A DNA stretch of 59,642 nucleotides, counting the filler. It is 10 parts of 10 records of this genome, joined end to end, with 100 filler letters (N's around TTAATTAATTAA, not from the genome) between each part and the next. Parts side by side here need not be neighbours in the genome. Positions count along the whole stretch, not along the records: positions 1 to 7,272 come from SRR31156797_98744; positions 7,373 to 13,043 come from SRR31156797_98924; 8 more parts are not named here. One strand, 5' to 3'. The first letter of the stretch is position 1; the number at the start of each line of letters is the position of its first letter. Both the position numbers and the translations under genes were made by a program. A model generated the notes under the pieces. It worked only from the letters and a program-made list of their open reading frames with translations, was not told the origin of the DNA and did no database searches. Shown one piece after another: positions 1 to 9,653 of the stretch.

Positions 1-40
1 GACAAAGAGATTGGGAAAAATAACCATTTAGGGGCAGACG

Positions 41-799
41 CTAACGCCCCTTAAGCGGCATGGTCTTATGTCCGTATAAAGAGAATCCCAGCCAGTCAAA
101 TCCCAGTTCCAGCAGCTTGACGTCGTCATTTTCCGCCGCGGCTACATATTCGGGCGAAAAGTCAAACATCTGCAGGAACCTGCTCTGGAACACAAAGTCG
201 CGAAACCGGTCAATATTATAGGAAACCATGGAGAACATCTGGATTTTTTTGACCAGGTGTTCCTGCGGGCCCAAGGAATCCTTGGCCGTTATTATTTCCA
301 TCCACAAATCATTAAGCCGGTTGTATTCTTCGAGCCCCTGGTCAGCCAGCCACTCTTCAACCGACCATTCACGCTCCTGTTCAAAACCCCGGCAATGGTC
401 TTCCTGCACGACAAAAAACATTTCCCTGCCGCCCGATGAAGAGCCTCTGCCCAGGGGATAGGTGCGGCAGGCGCCGGGTCTGTCTTCATAAATTGAACAG
501 CCCTCGGGCGTGACAAACGGGCAGGGGCGTTTTGGCTTATCGGTCATTTTGAGCTGCAATTTGGGGAACCGGCCGCCGTCGTCGGGCTGAGATTCAGTGT
601 ATGTTTCCAGGAATTCGTCGGAGCGCATCCCCAGCCGTTTTTTTAACCGTAGAATGTCATAAGGGGTCAGAACCAGGTTCAGGTCCGCACAGCACTCGTT
701 AAAACAAGGCACTCCGGGATGGCAGGCGAACCTGAACTTGTCGCCGTCCAAATTGCGGAATGGACCGCCTTCGGGTAAAGGGGCTGATTTGCCGGCCAT
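41..799 (-). CDS. YkgJ family cysteine-cluster protein (putative Fe-S/zinc-binding)
   Basis: 252 aa; FxCHPGVPCFNECC, CPF..GCSIYEDRPGACRTYP and HCRG motifs typical of YkgJ/CxxCxxCC proteins. Confidence 0.85.
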   Translation of the reverse strand: MAGKSAPLPEGGPFRNLDGDKFRFACHPGVPCFNECCADLNLVLTPYDILRLKKRLGMRSDEFLETYTESQPDDGGRFPKLQLKMTDKPKRPCPFVTPEGCSIYEDRPGACRTYPLGRGSSSGGREMFFVVQEDHCRGFEQEREWSVEEWLADQGLEEYNRLNDLWMEIITAKDSLGPQEHLVKKIQMFSMVSYNIDRFRDFVFQSRFLQMFDFSPEYVAAAENDDVKLLELGFDWLGFSLYGHKTMPLKGR

Positions 800-801
800 T
801 T

Positions 802-1587
802 TTATTGAGCCTTGGCTTGCTCGGCCCGTTTTTTGGCTTCGAGAACTTCAGGTTTTACGGTCAGGGTTTTTTCGCCGAACAGGCCGAACTTGACCCAGTC
901 GAGTCCCAACTTGAGAAGCTCGGTGTCGTCGACGCGGATCTGTTCCATGAAATCGTCCTCAAATTCAAACATATCCATGAATCGGCTGTTCATGACGAAT
1001 TTTCTGAACCTGTCCAGGTCGTAAGAAGCCAGGTAAACCATCTGCCTGACCTGGTCGTTGGTTACGTCCATTTCCTTAAGCTTGGGATGGGATGTGATTT
1101 CAGAGTAATAGTTGTTGACTCTCTGATAATCCATGACACCCTGGTCTTCCAGCCATTCAATGACCCGCATTTCTTCTTCTTCCAGGAGTCCTTTGCATTT
1201 TTCCTCTGCAGCGATGACGGAAAACTTTTCCTGTTCGTCCACATCAAGGGGAAACATGCGGCAGGCCCAAGGCCGGTCTTCATACACCGTGCAACCGTTT
1301 TCCGTGACCAGTTGACAGGATTTTTTCTCGTTATCCGACATCTTCAGGGCGACAACCGGGATAACCTGGTTTTCCTTGGTCAGTAAATGGGTGTATTTGT
1401 CCATGAATTCGCTTGAAGTTATTCCCAGCCGGTTTTTTAACCGGAGCACGTCGTAAGGCGTCAGGAAAATGGTTACATCCGCGCAGCAATTGGTGAAACA
1501 CTTTACTCCGGGATGGCACTTGAAGCGGAATCTGGATTGAAAGTCCATTTTGGACTGGCTGTTGTTTTGGTTTTCTTGTTCGCTCAT
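802..1587 (-). CDS. YkgJ family cysteine-cluster protein (paralog of 41-799)
   Basis: 261 aa; FKCHPGVKCFTNCC, CQL..GCTVYEDRPWACRMFP, KCKG; 2 nt from the downstream paralog. Confidence 0.85.
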   Translation of the reverse strand: MSEQENQNNSQSKMDFQSRFRFKCHPGVKCFTNCCADVTIFLTPYDVLRLKNRLGITSSEFMDKYTHLLTKENQVIPVVALKMSDNEKKSCQLVTENGCTVYEDRPWACRMFPLDVDEQEKFSVIAAEEKCKGLLEEEEMRVIEWLEDQGVMDYQRVNNYYSEITSHPKLKEMDVTNDQVRQMVYLASYDLDRFRKFVMNSRFMDMFEFEDDFMEQIRVDDTELLKLGLDWVKFGLFGEKTLTVKPEVLEAKKRAEQAKAQ

Positions 1588-1690
1588 TTAATTAATCCCT
1601 GGGGGCGGTTGTGAAACCGCCGGTATTTTTTCTTAATTGAAAGAAACAAATATCAGATGGCCTCTTTATTGTCAATTGGCCCGCGATCAA

Positions 1691-1710
1691 TTTGTGTATT
1701 TTTTCACGAA
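1691..1710. promoter_or_regulatory. Rex-like operator
   Basis: TTTGTGTATTTTTTCACGAA resembles the Rex consensus TTGTGAA-N4-TTCACAA; lies in the divergent ykgJ/aconitase intergenic region. Confidence 0.5.
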
Positions 1711-1962
1711 TAGGCGACATGGTCAAGAGAAAGGCTTGTTAGGCGGCTGCATGTAATTATGAGCCGGCCGGCGTTGACTTTTATCATTATTTGGTGTCTA
1801 AACTAACACTTTGGAAGGCGAGGACGGACTGCGGCCGGAAGGTCTTTTATCTTTGTGCCCGGCGTCGCCATTTATTTTTTTGGTTACATGACAAGAAATA
1901 AAAGGAGCGGATAAGCTCCTTAAATAATTAGATATGGGCCATGGCCCACAGGAGAGATTAGC

Positions 1963-3897
1963 ATGACCATGAATTTGACTCGGAAAATACTAAAGGATCA
2001 CCTGGTGGATGGGGAACTGACGCCGGGACGCGAAATTGCCGTTAAAATAGACCACGTGCTGATGCAGGACGCGACCGGGACCATGGCCATGCTCGAATTT
2101 GAAGCATTAAACATAGATGCCGTCCGGGCCGAAAAGGCGATTGTTTTTGTGGACCATAACCTGATGCAAAGCGACAACAAGAATGCGGACGACCACAGGT
2201 TCCTGCAGACTGCTTCCGCCAGGTTCGGTTTTCATTACAGCCCTCCGGGCAACGGCATATGTCACCAGGTGTATTTGGAACGATTCGGTCAGCCTGGAAA
2301 AATTCTTCTGGGGTCGGACAGCCACACGCCGAGCGCGGCCGGCGTTTCCGTGTTGGGCATCGGCGCCGGAGGCATGGACGTGGCCATGGCCGCGGCCGGG
2401 TATCCTTACCATTTGCCTTGTCCTAAAGTATTGGGAGTTAAACTGACCGGCAAGCTGCCTGCCTGGGTGAGCGCCCGGGATGTGATATTGGAGATGCTGC
2501 GCCGATACGGAGTTAAAGGCTGCGTGGGCAAGGTGGTCGAATATTACGGCCCCGGCGTTGAGTCGCTTTCGGCCGCGGACAGGGAAACAATAGCCAATAA
2601 AGGCACTGAGCTTGGAGCTACCGGTACTGTTTTTCCTTCGGATGAAAATACGAAAATGTTCCTCGATGCCCAGGGCCGTGGAGATAGCTGGATTTCTCTT
2701 GAAGCTGATGAAGGCGCCGATTATGACGAGTATGATGAAATAGACCTTGGCGGCCTGGAACCCATGATCGCCTGCCCTTCTTCCCCGGGCAACGTGGTAA
2801 CGGTTCGCGAAGTCGCGGGCATGCAGGTCGACCAGGTAATTGTCGGAAGTTGCGCCAATTCATCTTACCGGGATCTCATGGTCACGGCCGGTATTGTCAA
2901 GGGTCGTATGGTCAATCCCATGGTTGCTTTTCACATCAATCCCGGCAGCAGGCAGGTGCTGTTGAATGTTTCCGAACATGGCGGGGCGTCCGATCTTTTG
3001 ACCGCCGGCGCCGGGATTCACGTGCCGGGTTGTCATGGATGCATCGGCATTGGGCAGGCCCCGGGTACGGGACAGGTCAGCCTCAGGACTTTCACCCGCA
3101 ATTTTCCGGATCGCAGCGGAACAAAATTCGACAAGGTCTACCTCTGTTCGCCTGAAACCGCTGCCGCCGCTGCCCTGACCGGAAAGATAACCGACCCTCG
3201 GGATTTGGACATGGAATATCCCGAGGTCAGGGAACCTGAAAAATACATCGTTCATGAAGAATCGATAGTCTTTCCTTCTCCGGCCCTGAAAAAGACGGAA
3301 GTATCCAGGGGGCCCAACATCAAGCCTTTCCCCGAGCTTGACCAACTGCCGGACAACCTGGAAGCGGAAGTAGTACTCAAGGTGGGAGACAATATAACCA
3401 CCGATCACATTATGCCGGCCGGCTCCCAGATACTACCTTTAAGGTCGAATATTGAAGCCATAAGCCAGTACGTGTATTCGCAGGTTTCACCCGAATGCGC
3501 GGATGCCTGCCTTGAAAAAGGGGATGTGGTTATTATCGGAGGAGACAACTACGGCCAGGGATCCAGCCGGGAGCATGCGGCATTAGCCCCGAGACACCTG
3601 GGCGTAAGGGCCAAGATCGTCCGCAGTTTCGCCCGCATTCACAAGGCCAACCTGTGCAATTTCGGCATACTGCCGCTAACATTTAAAAATCCGGGTGATT
3701 ACGATGGCATCCAGGAAAATGACCGGGTGACTCTGCCCAATATCAGGGAAAGCGTTATCCGAGGCGACGAGGAAATCAAAGTGAAGATCGGCGACCGGGA
3801 AATAGTGTGTTTGCTGGAAGTATCCGACAGACAGCGCCGACACCTGGCGGCGGGCGGGGCCCTGAATTTCGTCCGTTCGGAATTGGAGAAAGAATAA
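1963..3897 (+). CDS. acn: aconitate hydratase (single-chain, C-terminal swivel domain)
   Basis: 644 aa; QDATG, DH, GICHQ, GSDSHT, GSCAN, CHGCIG (4Fe-4S Cys), TTDHI and NYGQGSSREHAA motifs; GGAG RBS. Confidence 0.9.
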   Translation: MTMNLTRKILKDHLVDGELTPGREIAVKIDHVLMQDATGTMAMLEFEALNIDAVRAEKAIVFVDHNLMQSDNKNADDHRFLQTASARFGFHYSPPGNGICHQVYLERFGQPGKILLGSDSHTPSAAGVSVLGIGAGGMDVAMAAAGYPYHLPCPKVLGVKLTGKLPAWVSARDVILEMLRRYGVKGCVGKVVEYYGPGVESLSAADRETIANKGTELGATGTVFPSDENTKMFLDAQGRGDSWISLEADEGADYDEYDEIDLGGLEPMIACPSSPGNVVTVREVAGMQVDQVIVGSCANSSYRDLMVTAGIVKGRMVNPMVAFHINPGSRQVLLNVSEHGGASDLLTAGAGIHVPGCHGCIGIGQAPGTGQVSLRTFTRNFPDRSGTKFDKVYLCSPETAAAAALTGKITDPRDLDMEYPEVREPEKYIVHEESIVFPSPALKKTEVSRGPNIKPFPELDQLPDNLEAEVVLKVGDNITTDHIMPAGSQILPLRSNIEAISQYVYSQVSPECADACLEKGDVVIIGGDNYGQGSSREHAALAPRHLGVRAKIVRSFARIHKANLCNFGILPLTFKNPGDYDGIQENDRVTLPNIRESVIRGDEEIKVKIGDREIVCLLEVSDRQRRHLAAGGALNFVRSELEKE

Positions 3898-4149
3898 TCG
3901 GCCGGCTGCTAATATGATGATTTCTCCCTTGACATCGGGCCGGATAGAATTGACTATCAAAATACAGGAATAAGCGGATCGGAATAATTTTTCACTTGTG
4001 ATTGTCCACACGGATAATCTTTAACTGTTTTGCCTTAATTATTATTATCCGGCCGCAAAAAAATACGAAAATTATCGCTCATGGGGCGGTGATTGAATTC
4101 TCCCCGGCTTGTTGCGGGGAGCTAAATTATTATACCAAGGAGAGGGGAT

Positions 4150-5211
4150 ATGTTTGCAAAGCGTTTAGTGGTTATTTTTTCATGCTTGATGCTTCTTCTT
4201 ACTGCTTCCGCGTCCTGGGGTGCGGATTACAAAAAAGAATACAAGCTTCAACTCAACGTAGGCCCCACATTCTATTGGGGCATGGGCGCCGACAAATTCG
4301 CCGAACTGGTCAAGGAAAAAACCAACGGACAAATCAATGTCAAACCATACTACGGGAGCGCTCTTCTTAAAGGAGCGCAGTTGAAGTCCGCCCAGATGGT
4401 GTCCAAGGGCGTTATCGATTGCGCCATGGAATCCACCATTAATATATCTCCGGTCATTCCTTCGGCCAATGTTTTCCATCTACCGTTCTTCATCAATACA
4501 TTCGAAAACCTGGATAAAATCAAGGACGGCGCGGCCGGTCAGACCATTTTCGCGGACATGGAAAAAATAGGCTTAAAGCCGTTGGCCTGGGCGGAAAACG
4601 GTTTCAGGCAGATTACCAACAGCAAGCGGGAAATAGTAAATCCCGGCGACTTGAAAGGTCTGCGCATCAGGGTTGTGGGCAGCCCCATATTTATTGAAAC
4701 ATTTAAAGCTCTCGGCGCGGATCCCGTTAACATGAACTGGGGCGACGCCGTGGCCGGATTCCAGCAGGGAGTTGTCGACGGCCAGGAAAACCCGGTCGGC
4801 GTCCTCATACCCGTTCAGATTTTCAACTATCATAAATACACTACGTTCTGGAACTACCTGGTCGACCCGCTGATCATTTACTGGAACAAGAAACAATGGG
4901 ATGCGTTTCCGCCTGACATTCAAAAAGGCATAATGGAAGCGGCCAAGGAAGCCGGACGGTTTGAAATATCTTTGTGCCGGGCCGGACTGGACGGCGACAA
5001 ATCGCTCAATATTTTGAAAAATGAATTCAAACACGAAATGAAAGTGCCGGAACCGGTCAAGTTCCTCGAAGGCAAGGGCATGACTGTTTCCTTCCTTTCA
5101 GCGGAACAGGTGGAAGCATTCAAAAAAGCCACCTCGGCCGTATACGACAAGTTCGTGCCTTCGATCGGAAAAGATGTAGTTGAGAAGGCTAAGGCGGATA
5201 TGGCGAAGTAG
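4150..5211 (+). CDS. dctP: TRAP transporter solute-binding protein
   Basis: signal peptide; ENGFRQIT, DLKGLRIRV, QQGVVDGQENP motifs. Confidence 0.92.
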   Translation: MFAKRLVVIFSCLMLLLTASASWGADYKKEYKLQLNVGPTFYWGMGADKFAELVKEKTNGQINVKPYYGSALLKGAQLKSAQMVSKGVIDCAMESTINISPVIPSANVFHLPFFINTFENLDKIKDGAAGQTIFADMEKIGLKPLAWAENGFRQITNSKREIVNPGDLKGLRIRVVGSPIFIETFKALGADPVNMNWGDAVAGFQQGVVDGQENPVGVLIPVQIFNYHKYTTFWNYLVDPLIIYWNKKQWDAFPPDIQKGIMEAAKEAGRFEISLCRAGLDGDKSLNILKNEFKHEMKVPEPVKFLEGKGMTVSFLSAEQVEAFKKATSAVYDKFVPSIGKDVVEKAKADMAK

Positions 5212-5439
5212 ATCCGGGCGCCCGGCCATAAATGGTCCTTTTTCCCAATCTCTTTGTCGACCTTGGAAAAAATTCCTCATTTATGGCCGGACACCTTCCT
5301 TTTTTGGAAATTCCCGGACAACGTTCCGGGAATACTTTTTTAATTAGGCCGGATATTCTATCTGTCATTAAATTGGACAGCCTACGGCAAGAAGCTTTAT
5401 TAGACGGTTTGCCGAATTTTAATTAATTTAGGTAATGTT

Positions 5440-5928
5440 ATGGACGGTGAAAAAAAGAAAATCAGGTTGGATCACTGGATAGTCGCGATATTGCTGTTTG
5501 TCATGGCGGCGATTGCCTTCATCAATGTGCTCAGCCGGTATTTTTTCCATTTTTCATTCGCGGCTACGGAAGAAATAACAATCAATATGTTCGTCTGGAT
5601 GACCGTGGTCGGATCGGGCATTGCCTTTGAACGCGGCGGACAGATGGGCATGATAACATTTTACAATCTGTTTCCTGTCAAGCTGAAAAGATTTGTGGTT
5701 GTATTCAGCGCCATCCTGAGCGCGGGCCTGTTCGTCCTGGTCAGTATATATATGATCCAGGCCATCTATGACGAGTTGACCATGTTTCACGCTACATCTG
5801 CCGCATTGGGCGTGCCGGTTTGGATTTATTATCTTGGAGTGCCGGTATTATCGATATTCGTTTTTCATGGCGTTTACCGAGATGCGGCGACAAAACTTGC
5901 GTCGTTGAAGGGGGAGGCTGAAAAATAA
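5440..5928 (+). CDS. dctQ: TRAP transporter small permease
   Basis: 162 aa, 4 TM segments, VLSRY..TEEI motif, between dctP and dctM. Confidence 0.9.
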   Translation: MDGEKKKIRLDHWIVAILLFVMAAIAFINVLSRYFFHFSFAATEEITINMFVWMTVVGSGIAFERGGQMGMITFYNLFPVKLKRFVVVFSAILSAGLFVLVSIYMIQAIYDELTMFHATSAALGVPVWIYYLGVPVLSIFVFHGVYRDAATKLASLKGEAEK

Positions 5929-7217
5929 TGGAAATCGCGGTTATCAGTCTGACCTTTCTTGTTTTGATGTTCCTGGGCGTCCCCATCGGCACGTCGCTGG
6001 GAGTAGCCGCTATTGTCACTATCTTTCAGTTCGACCTCGGCATTGAAATGTTGGGCGTGAATTTCTCATCCGGGATTGCTTCCTTTCCATTATTGGCCAT
6101 TCCTTTTTTTGTTTTGGCCGGAACAATTCTGGAAAGAGCCAAACTCGCCGCCACCATCGCCGATTTTTTCGAACTGCTCGTAGGGCAGACCGTGGGCGGT
6201 CTGGCGGTTGTCGCGGTTTTAACCTGCATGTTCTGGGGCGCCCTGTCCGGCTCCGGACCGGCGACCACGGCCGCGGTCGGCCTAATCCTTTTGGCGCCCA
6301 TGGTCAGGCATGGTTATGATAAAAGTTTTGCCGGCGCCACCATAGCCAATGCTTCCGACTTGTCGATTATTATTCCGCCAAGCATAGCTTTTATAATTTA
6401 TGGAAACATCACCAGTGTTTCAGTCAGCGCCCTTTTTGTGGCCGGAATAATTCCCGGGATTATAACCGGAATCGGAACGATTCTGGTGGCCTGGTACATA
6501 TCCCGGCGTCGGGGATATCGCGGCCTGGAAAAACGCGGCAGCGCCAGGGAAATATTGGCCGCTTTCAAAAAATCCATCTGGGCGGTTTTAACGCCGGTTG
6601 TTATTCTGGGCGGAATATACACCGGTATATTCACACCGACCGAAGCGGCTGTTGTGGCAGTGTTTTACAGCCTGTTCGTGGCCGTCTTCATCTACCGGAG
6701 CATAACCTGGCGCGACTTTATTGAATTACTGGTCGATGCGGCCGTCACCAGTTCGGTCATCATGTTTATTGTCGTGTTTGCTGGAATCTTTACCTGGACG
6801 GCCTCGGTAATAGGCGTGATTGATCGCGCCGCCGAATTGATCGTGTCCATTTCACCGAACGCCGTGGTCATGATAATCCTGGTCAACCTGATGCTTTTGG
6901 CCCTGGGCATGGTCCTGGACGCCATCTCAATATCTTACCTGCTCATGCCCATTCTCATTCCGGTTTTGACCGCTTTTAATATCGATCCCTTATGGTACGG
7001 CGTTATATTCATATCAGCACTGGCCATTGGCCAGGCGACCCCGCCGGTCGGGGTGAATCTTTTTACCGCGGCCAATCTCATCAAGGGCGATGTGGATTCA
7101 GTGGCCAAGGAAGCTATCCCTTACGTGGTAATGGACGCTGTTGTGCTGATAATTCTGTCGCTGCTGCCGATTCTATCACTGTACCTGCCCATCAAAGCCG
7201 GCTTGTACCATCCCTAA
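5928..7217 (+). CDS. dctM: TRAP transporter large permease
   Basis: 429 aa polytopic; LLAIPFF, SGSGPA, IIIPPSI, FTPTEAA, TPPVG motifs; TAATG overlap with dctQ. Confidence 0.93.
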   Translation: MEIAVISLTFLVLMFLGVPIGTSLGVAAIVTIFQFDLGIEMLGVNFSSGIASFPLLAIPFFVLAGTILERAKLAATIADFFELLVGQTVGGLAVVAVLTCMFWGALSGSGPATTAAVGLILLAPMVRHGYDKSFAGATIANASDLSIIIPPSIAFIIYGNITSVSVSALFVAGIIPGIITGIGTILVAWYISRRRGYRGLEKRGSAREILAAFKKSIWAVLTPVVILGGIYTGIFTPTEAAVVAVFYSLFVAVFIYRSITWRDFIELLVDAAVTSSVIMFIVVFAGIFTWTASVIGVIDRAAELIVSISPNAVVMIILVNLMLLALGMVLDAISISYLLMPILIPVLTAFNIDPLWYGVIFISALAIGQATPPVGVNLFTAANLIKGDVDSVAKEAIPYVVMDAVVLIILSLLPILSLYLPIKAGLYHP

Positions 7218-7272
7218 CCGCCATATCCAGGAAATGTACGTCTCATGGAAGTTTTAAAGGAATTAGTCGTTA

Positions 7273-7372
7273 NNNNNNNNNNNNNNNNNNNNNNNNNNNN
7301 NNNNNNNNNNNNNNNNTTAATTAATTAANNNNNNNNNNNNNNNNNNNNNNNNNNNNNNNNNNNNNNNNNNNN
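7273..7372. other. artificial contig linker
   Basis: N-run/TTAATTAATTAA/N-run, 100 nt, stops in all six frames. Confidence 0.97.
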
Positions 7373-7458
7373 CCGGTTCGTCCAGGGAAGGAAGCTGTAA
7401 AATCCCCCTGGTATCCCATTGCTGTTAATCCCACAGGTTTTCACCTCATTGGCTGGCT

Positions 7459-9336
7459 ATGGACAACCGGCTCAATAAATGCCATTTTGGCATTGGTTTT
7501 GCTTTTTTCACCACTAGTTTTAAAAGGAAATCCCAGATGGCCAAGTGCATCCCCCCCCAAAATGACAGCAGTCTTGAATTCAACCAGGTTATTGCAGGGC
7601 TTAAGGAGGAAAAATTATTTTCCGAAACAGTCCTCAACAGCCTTCCCGGGATATTTTATCTCTACGACGAAGAGGGGAACCTTTTAAAATGGAACAAGAA
7701 TCATGAAACCTTGACCGGATTTTCAGGAAAGGAATTGTCCAGACGAAAAATTCTGGACTGGTTTGAAGGGGAGGATAAGGTCCGGGTAGAAAAAACCGTT
7801 GAAAATGTGAAAAAATATGGAAAGGGAAAAACAGAGGCCGGGCTTTTGATAAAAAACGGCAACAAGATTCCATATTATTTTACAGGCGCGTCCATGGAAA
7901 TTAACGGACAGATTTACATGATGGGGGTGGGAATTGACCTGACAGAACAAAAGGCAACGGAATATGCCCTCCGGCGAAGCGAGGAGAAGTACAGGGAAAT
8001 CTTTGAGAATTCTGTGGAAGGCATTTTTCAGACAACGCCGGATGGTAAATTTGTAAGCGCAAATCCGTCTGCAGCAAAAATTCTGGGATATGATTCCCCC
8101 GAAGATTTAAGGGAAAATCTAACGGATATTGAAACCCAGCTCTATGTTTCAAAGGAAAAAAGAAAGGAATTTATTAAAATAATAGAACTGCAGAAGGAGG
8201 TGTCCGGCTTTGAACTTCAGTTCTATAGAAAAGACAAGTCCATTATCTGGGTGGCCTTATATGCAAGATCTGTCTATGACTCAAAGGGAAACCTTCGCCT
8301 CTTTGAAGGCATATTTTCTGATATCACTGAAAACAGGGAAGCTGCCGATGCCCTGCAGCAGGAGAACATCCGCCTGAGGTCCGGTCTTAAACATCGATAC
8401 AAATTTGAAGATATCATTGGAAAAAGCCCGGCAATGCAGGAGGTGTATGAACTGATCATGAGTGCGTCATCTTCCGGGGCCACGACAATCATCTATGGTG
8501 AATCCGGGACTGGCAAAGAATTGGTTGCAAGGGCCATTCATAATCTGAGCAACCGAAGGAAACAACGCTTTGTTGCCGTGAACTGCGGCGCCATACCGGA
8601 AAACCTTTTAGAAAGTGAATTCTTTGGCTATAAAAAAGGGGCGTTTACCGGGGCGGACAAGGATAAAGAGGGCTATCTGGGGCTCGCCGACGGGGGAACA
8701 TTATTTTTGGATGAACTGGGAGAGATCAGCCTCAGTCTTCAGGTCAAATTGTTACGCGTTTTAGAAAATAACAGCTATCGGCCGGTGGGTGAAGGAATTT
8801 CCAAAAAAGTCGATATCCGGATTGTTGCCGCAACCAATCAGGACCTTAAAGAAGCCGTTAGAAACGGAGTGATGCGGGAGGATTTTTACTATAGGGTTCA
8901 CGTCCTTTCCATCTCCTTACCGCCGTTGAGGGAACGAAAAGAGGATATCCCTCTTTTAATTGATCATTTCCTGACCGCCTTAAAAGGCAGGGAAAATATG
9001 CCGCCCCTTGACGGGAAAATGATTGAAACCCTTCTTAACCACCACTGGCCGGGCAATGTCAGGGAACTGCAAAATGTACTTCAGCGGTATAAGAGCTTAA
9101 ACAGAATCGACCTTGCAGGTGGGCTGAATAGCGGTAAAAACCGGATACCTGGCAATGATCCGGCCGATGCTGAAAACAACGATCTTTCATTTAAAGAGGC
9201 AATGGAAGCATTTGAAAAAAACCTTATCTTAAATTCCCTGGAACAGCACAAATGGCACCGGGAAAAAACCTCACGGGCACTAGGAATCCCCAGAAGAACA
9301 TTCTTTAGAAAACTTAAAAAATTCAACCTTTGTTGA
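7459..9336 (+). CDS. PAS-PAS sigma54-dependent transcriptional activator (Fis-type HTH); start uncertain (7537 possible)
   Basis: two PAS-like domains; GESGTGKE Walker A, GAFTGA loop, LFLDE, WPGNVREL, C-terminal HTH. Confidence 0.92.
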   Translation: MDNRLNKCHFGIGFAFFTTSFKRKSQMAKCIPPQNDSSLEFNQVIAGLKEEKLFSETVLNSLPGIFYLYDEEGNLLKWNKNHETLTGFSGKELSRRKILDWFEGEDKVRVEKTVENVKKYGKGKTEAGLLIKNGNKIPYYFTGASMEINGQIYMMGVGIDLTEQKATEYALRRSEEKYREIFENSVEGIFQTTPDGKFVSANPSAAKILGYDSPEDLRENLTDIETQLYVSKEKRKEFIKIIELQKEVSGFELQFYRKDKSIIWVALYARSVYDSKGNLRLFEGIFSDITENREAADALQQENIRLRSGLKHRYKFEDIIGKSPAMQEVYELIMSASSSGATTIIYGESGTGKELVARAIHNLSNRRKQRFVAVNCGAIPENLLESEFFGYKKGAFTGADKDKEGYLGLADGGTLFLDELGEISLSLQVKLLRVLENNSYRPVGEGISKKVDIRIVAATNQDLKEAVRNGVMREDFYYRVHVLSISLPPLRERKEDIPLLIDHFLTALKGRENMPPLDGKMIETLLNHHWPGNVRELQNVLQRYKSLNRIDLAGGLNSGKNRIPGNDPADAENNDLSFKEAMEAFEKNLILNSLEQHKWHREKTSRALGIPRRTFFRKLKKFNLC

Positions 9337-9343
9337 CATGATT

Positions 9344-9432
9344 AGTGCCAAAAACGACACAATACCCCCATATCCTTTTGAAATGGCCGATTCTGGCTCT
9401 CCCCCCCACTAAACAGTGCCATGAAAGGCACT
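9344..9432. promoter_or_regulatory. two candidate enhancer (UAS) sites for the sigma54 activator
   Basis: perfect palindrome AGTGCC-N6-GGCACT at 9415-9432 and degenerate copy AGTGCC-N6-GACACA at 9344-9361, about 150-230 nt upstream of the -24/-12 promoter. Confidence 0.55.
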
Positions 9433-9577
9433 ATTCTCAATTTATATTCTTCCCATATAAACTAAAGTACTGATGTCTGAACACTAGTTGCCATAAGGCT
9501 TTACAGGGTTAAAGCCCTGTATGTCAGGCTTATGGTTTGCCTTTTTTCAAAATTTTTTACAGTCAAACAACCCCCAT

Positions 9578-9594
9578 TTGGCATGCAGATTGCT
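9578..9594 (+). promoter_or_regulatory. sigma54 (-24/-12) promoter
   Basis: TTGGCATGCAGATTGCT, GG-N10-GC spacing, 60 nt upstream of ATG 9654. Confidence 0.85.
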
Positions 9595-9653
9595 CTTATC
9601 CAGCTCCATACATCTCGTATTATTGTTTTATAAATCGTAAAGGAGGGGCTGCC

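Noticed and set aside
7317-7328. Recurring TTAATTAATTAA palindrome inside N-runs as a biological repeat
   Set aside because: Identical 100-nt six-frame-stop linker at all nine joins; assembly artefact. ORFs running into it are truncated, not fused.
9537-9653. N-terminal extension of the GMC oxidoreductase from the ORF track
   Set aside because: Overlaps the sigma54 promoter; a strong RBS precedes ATG 9654
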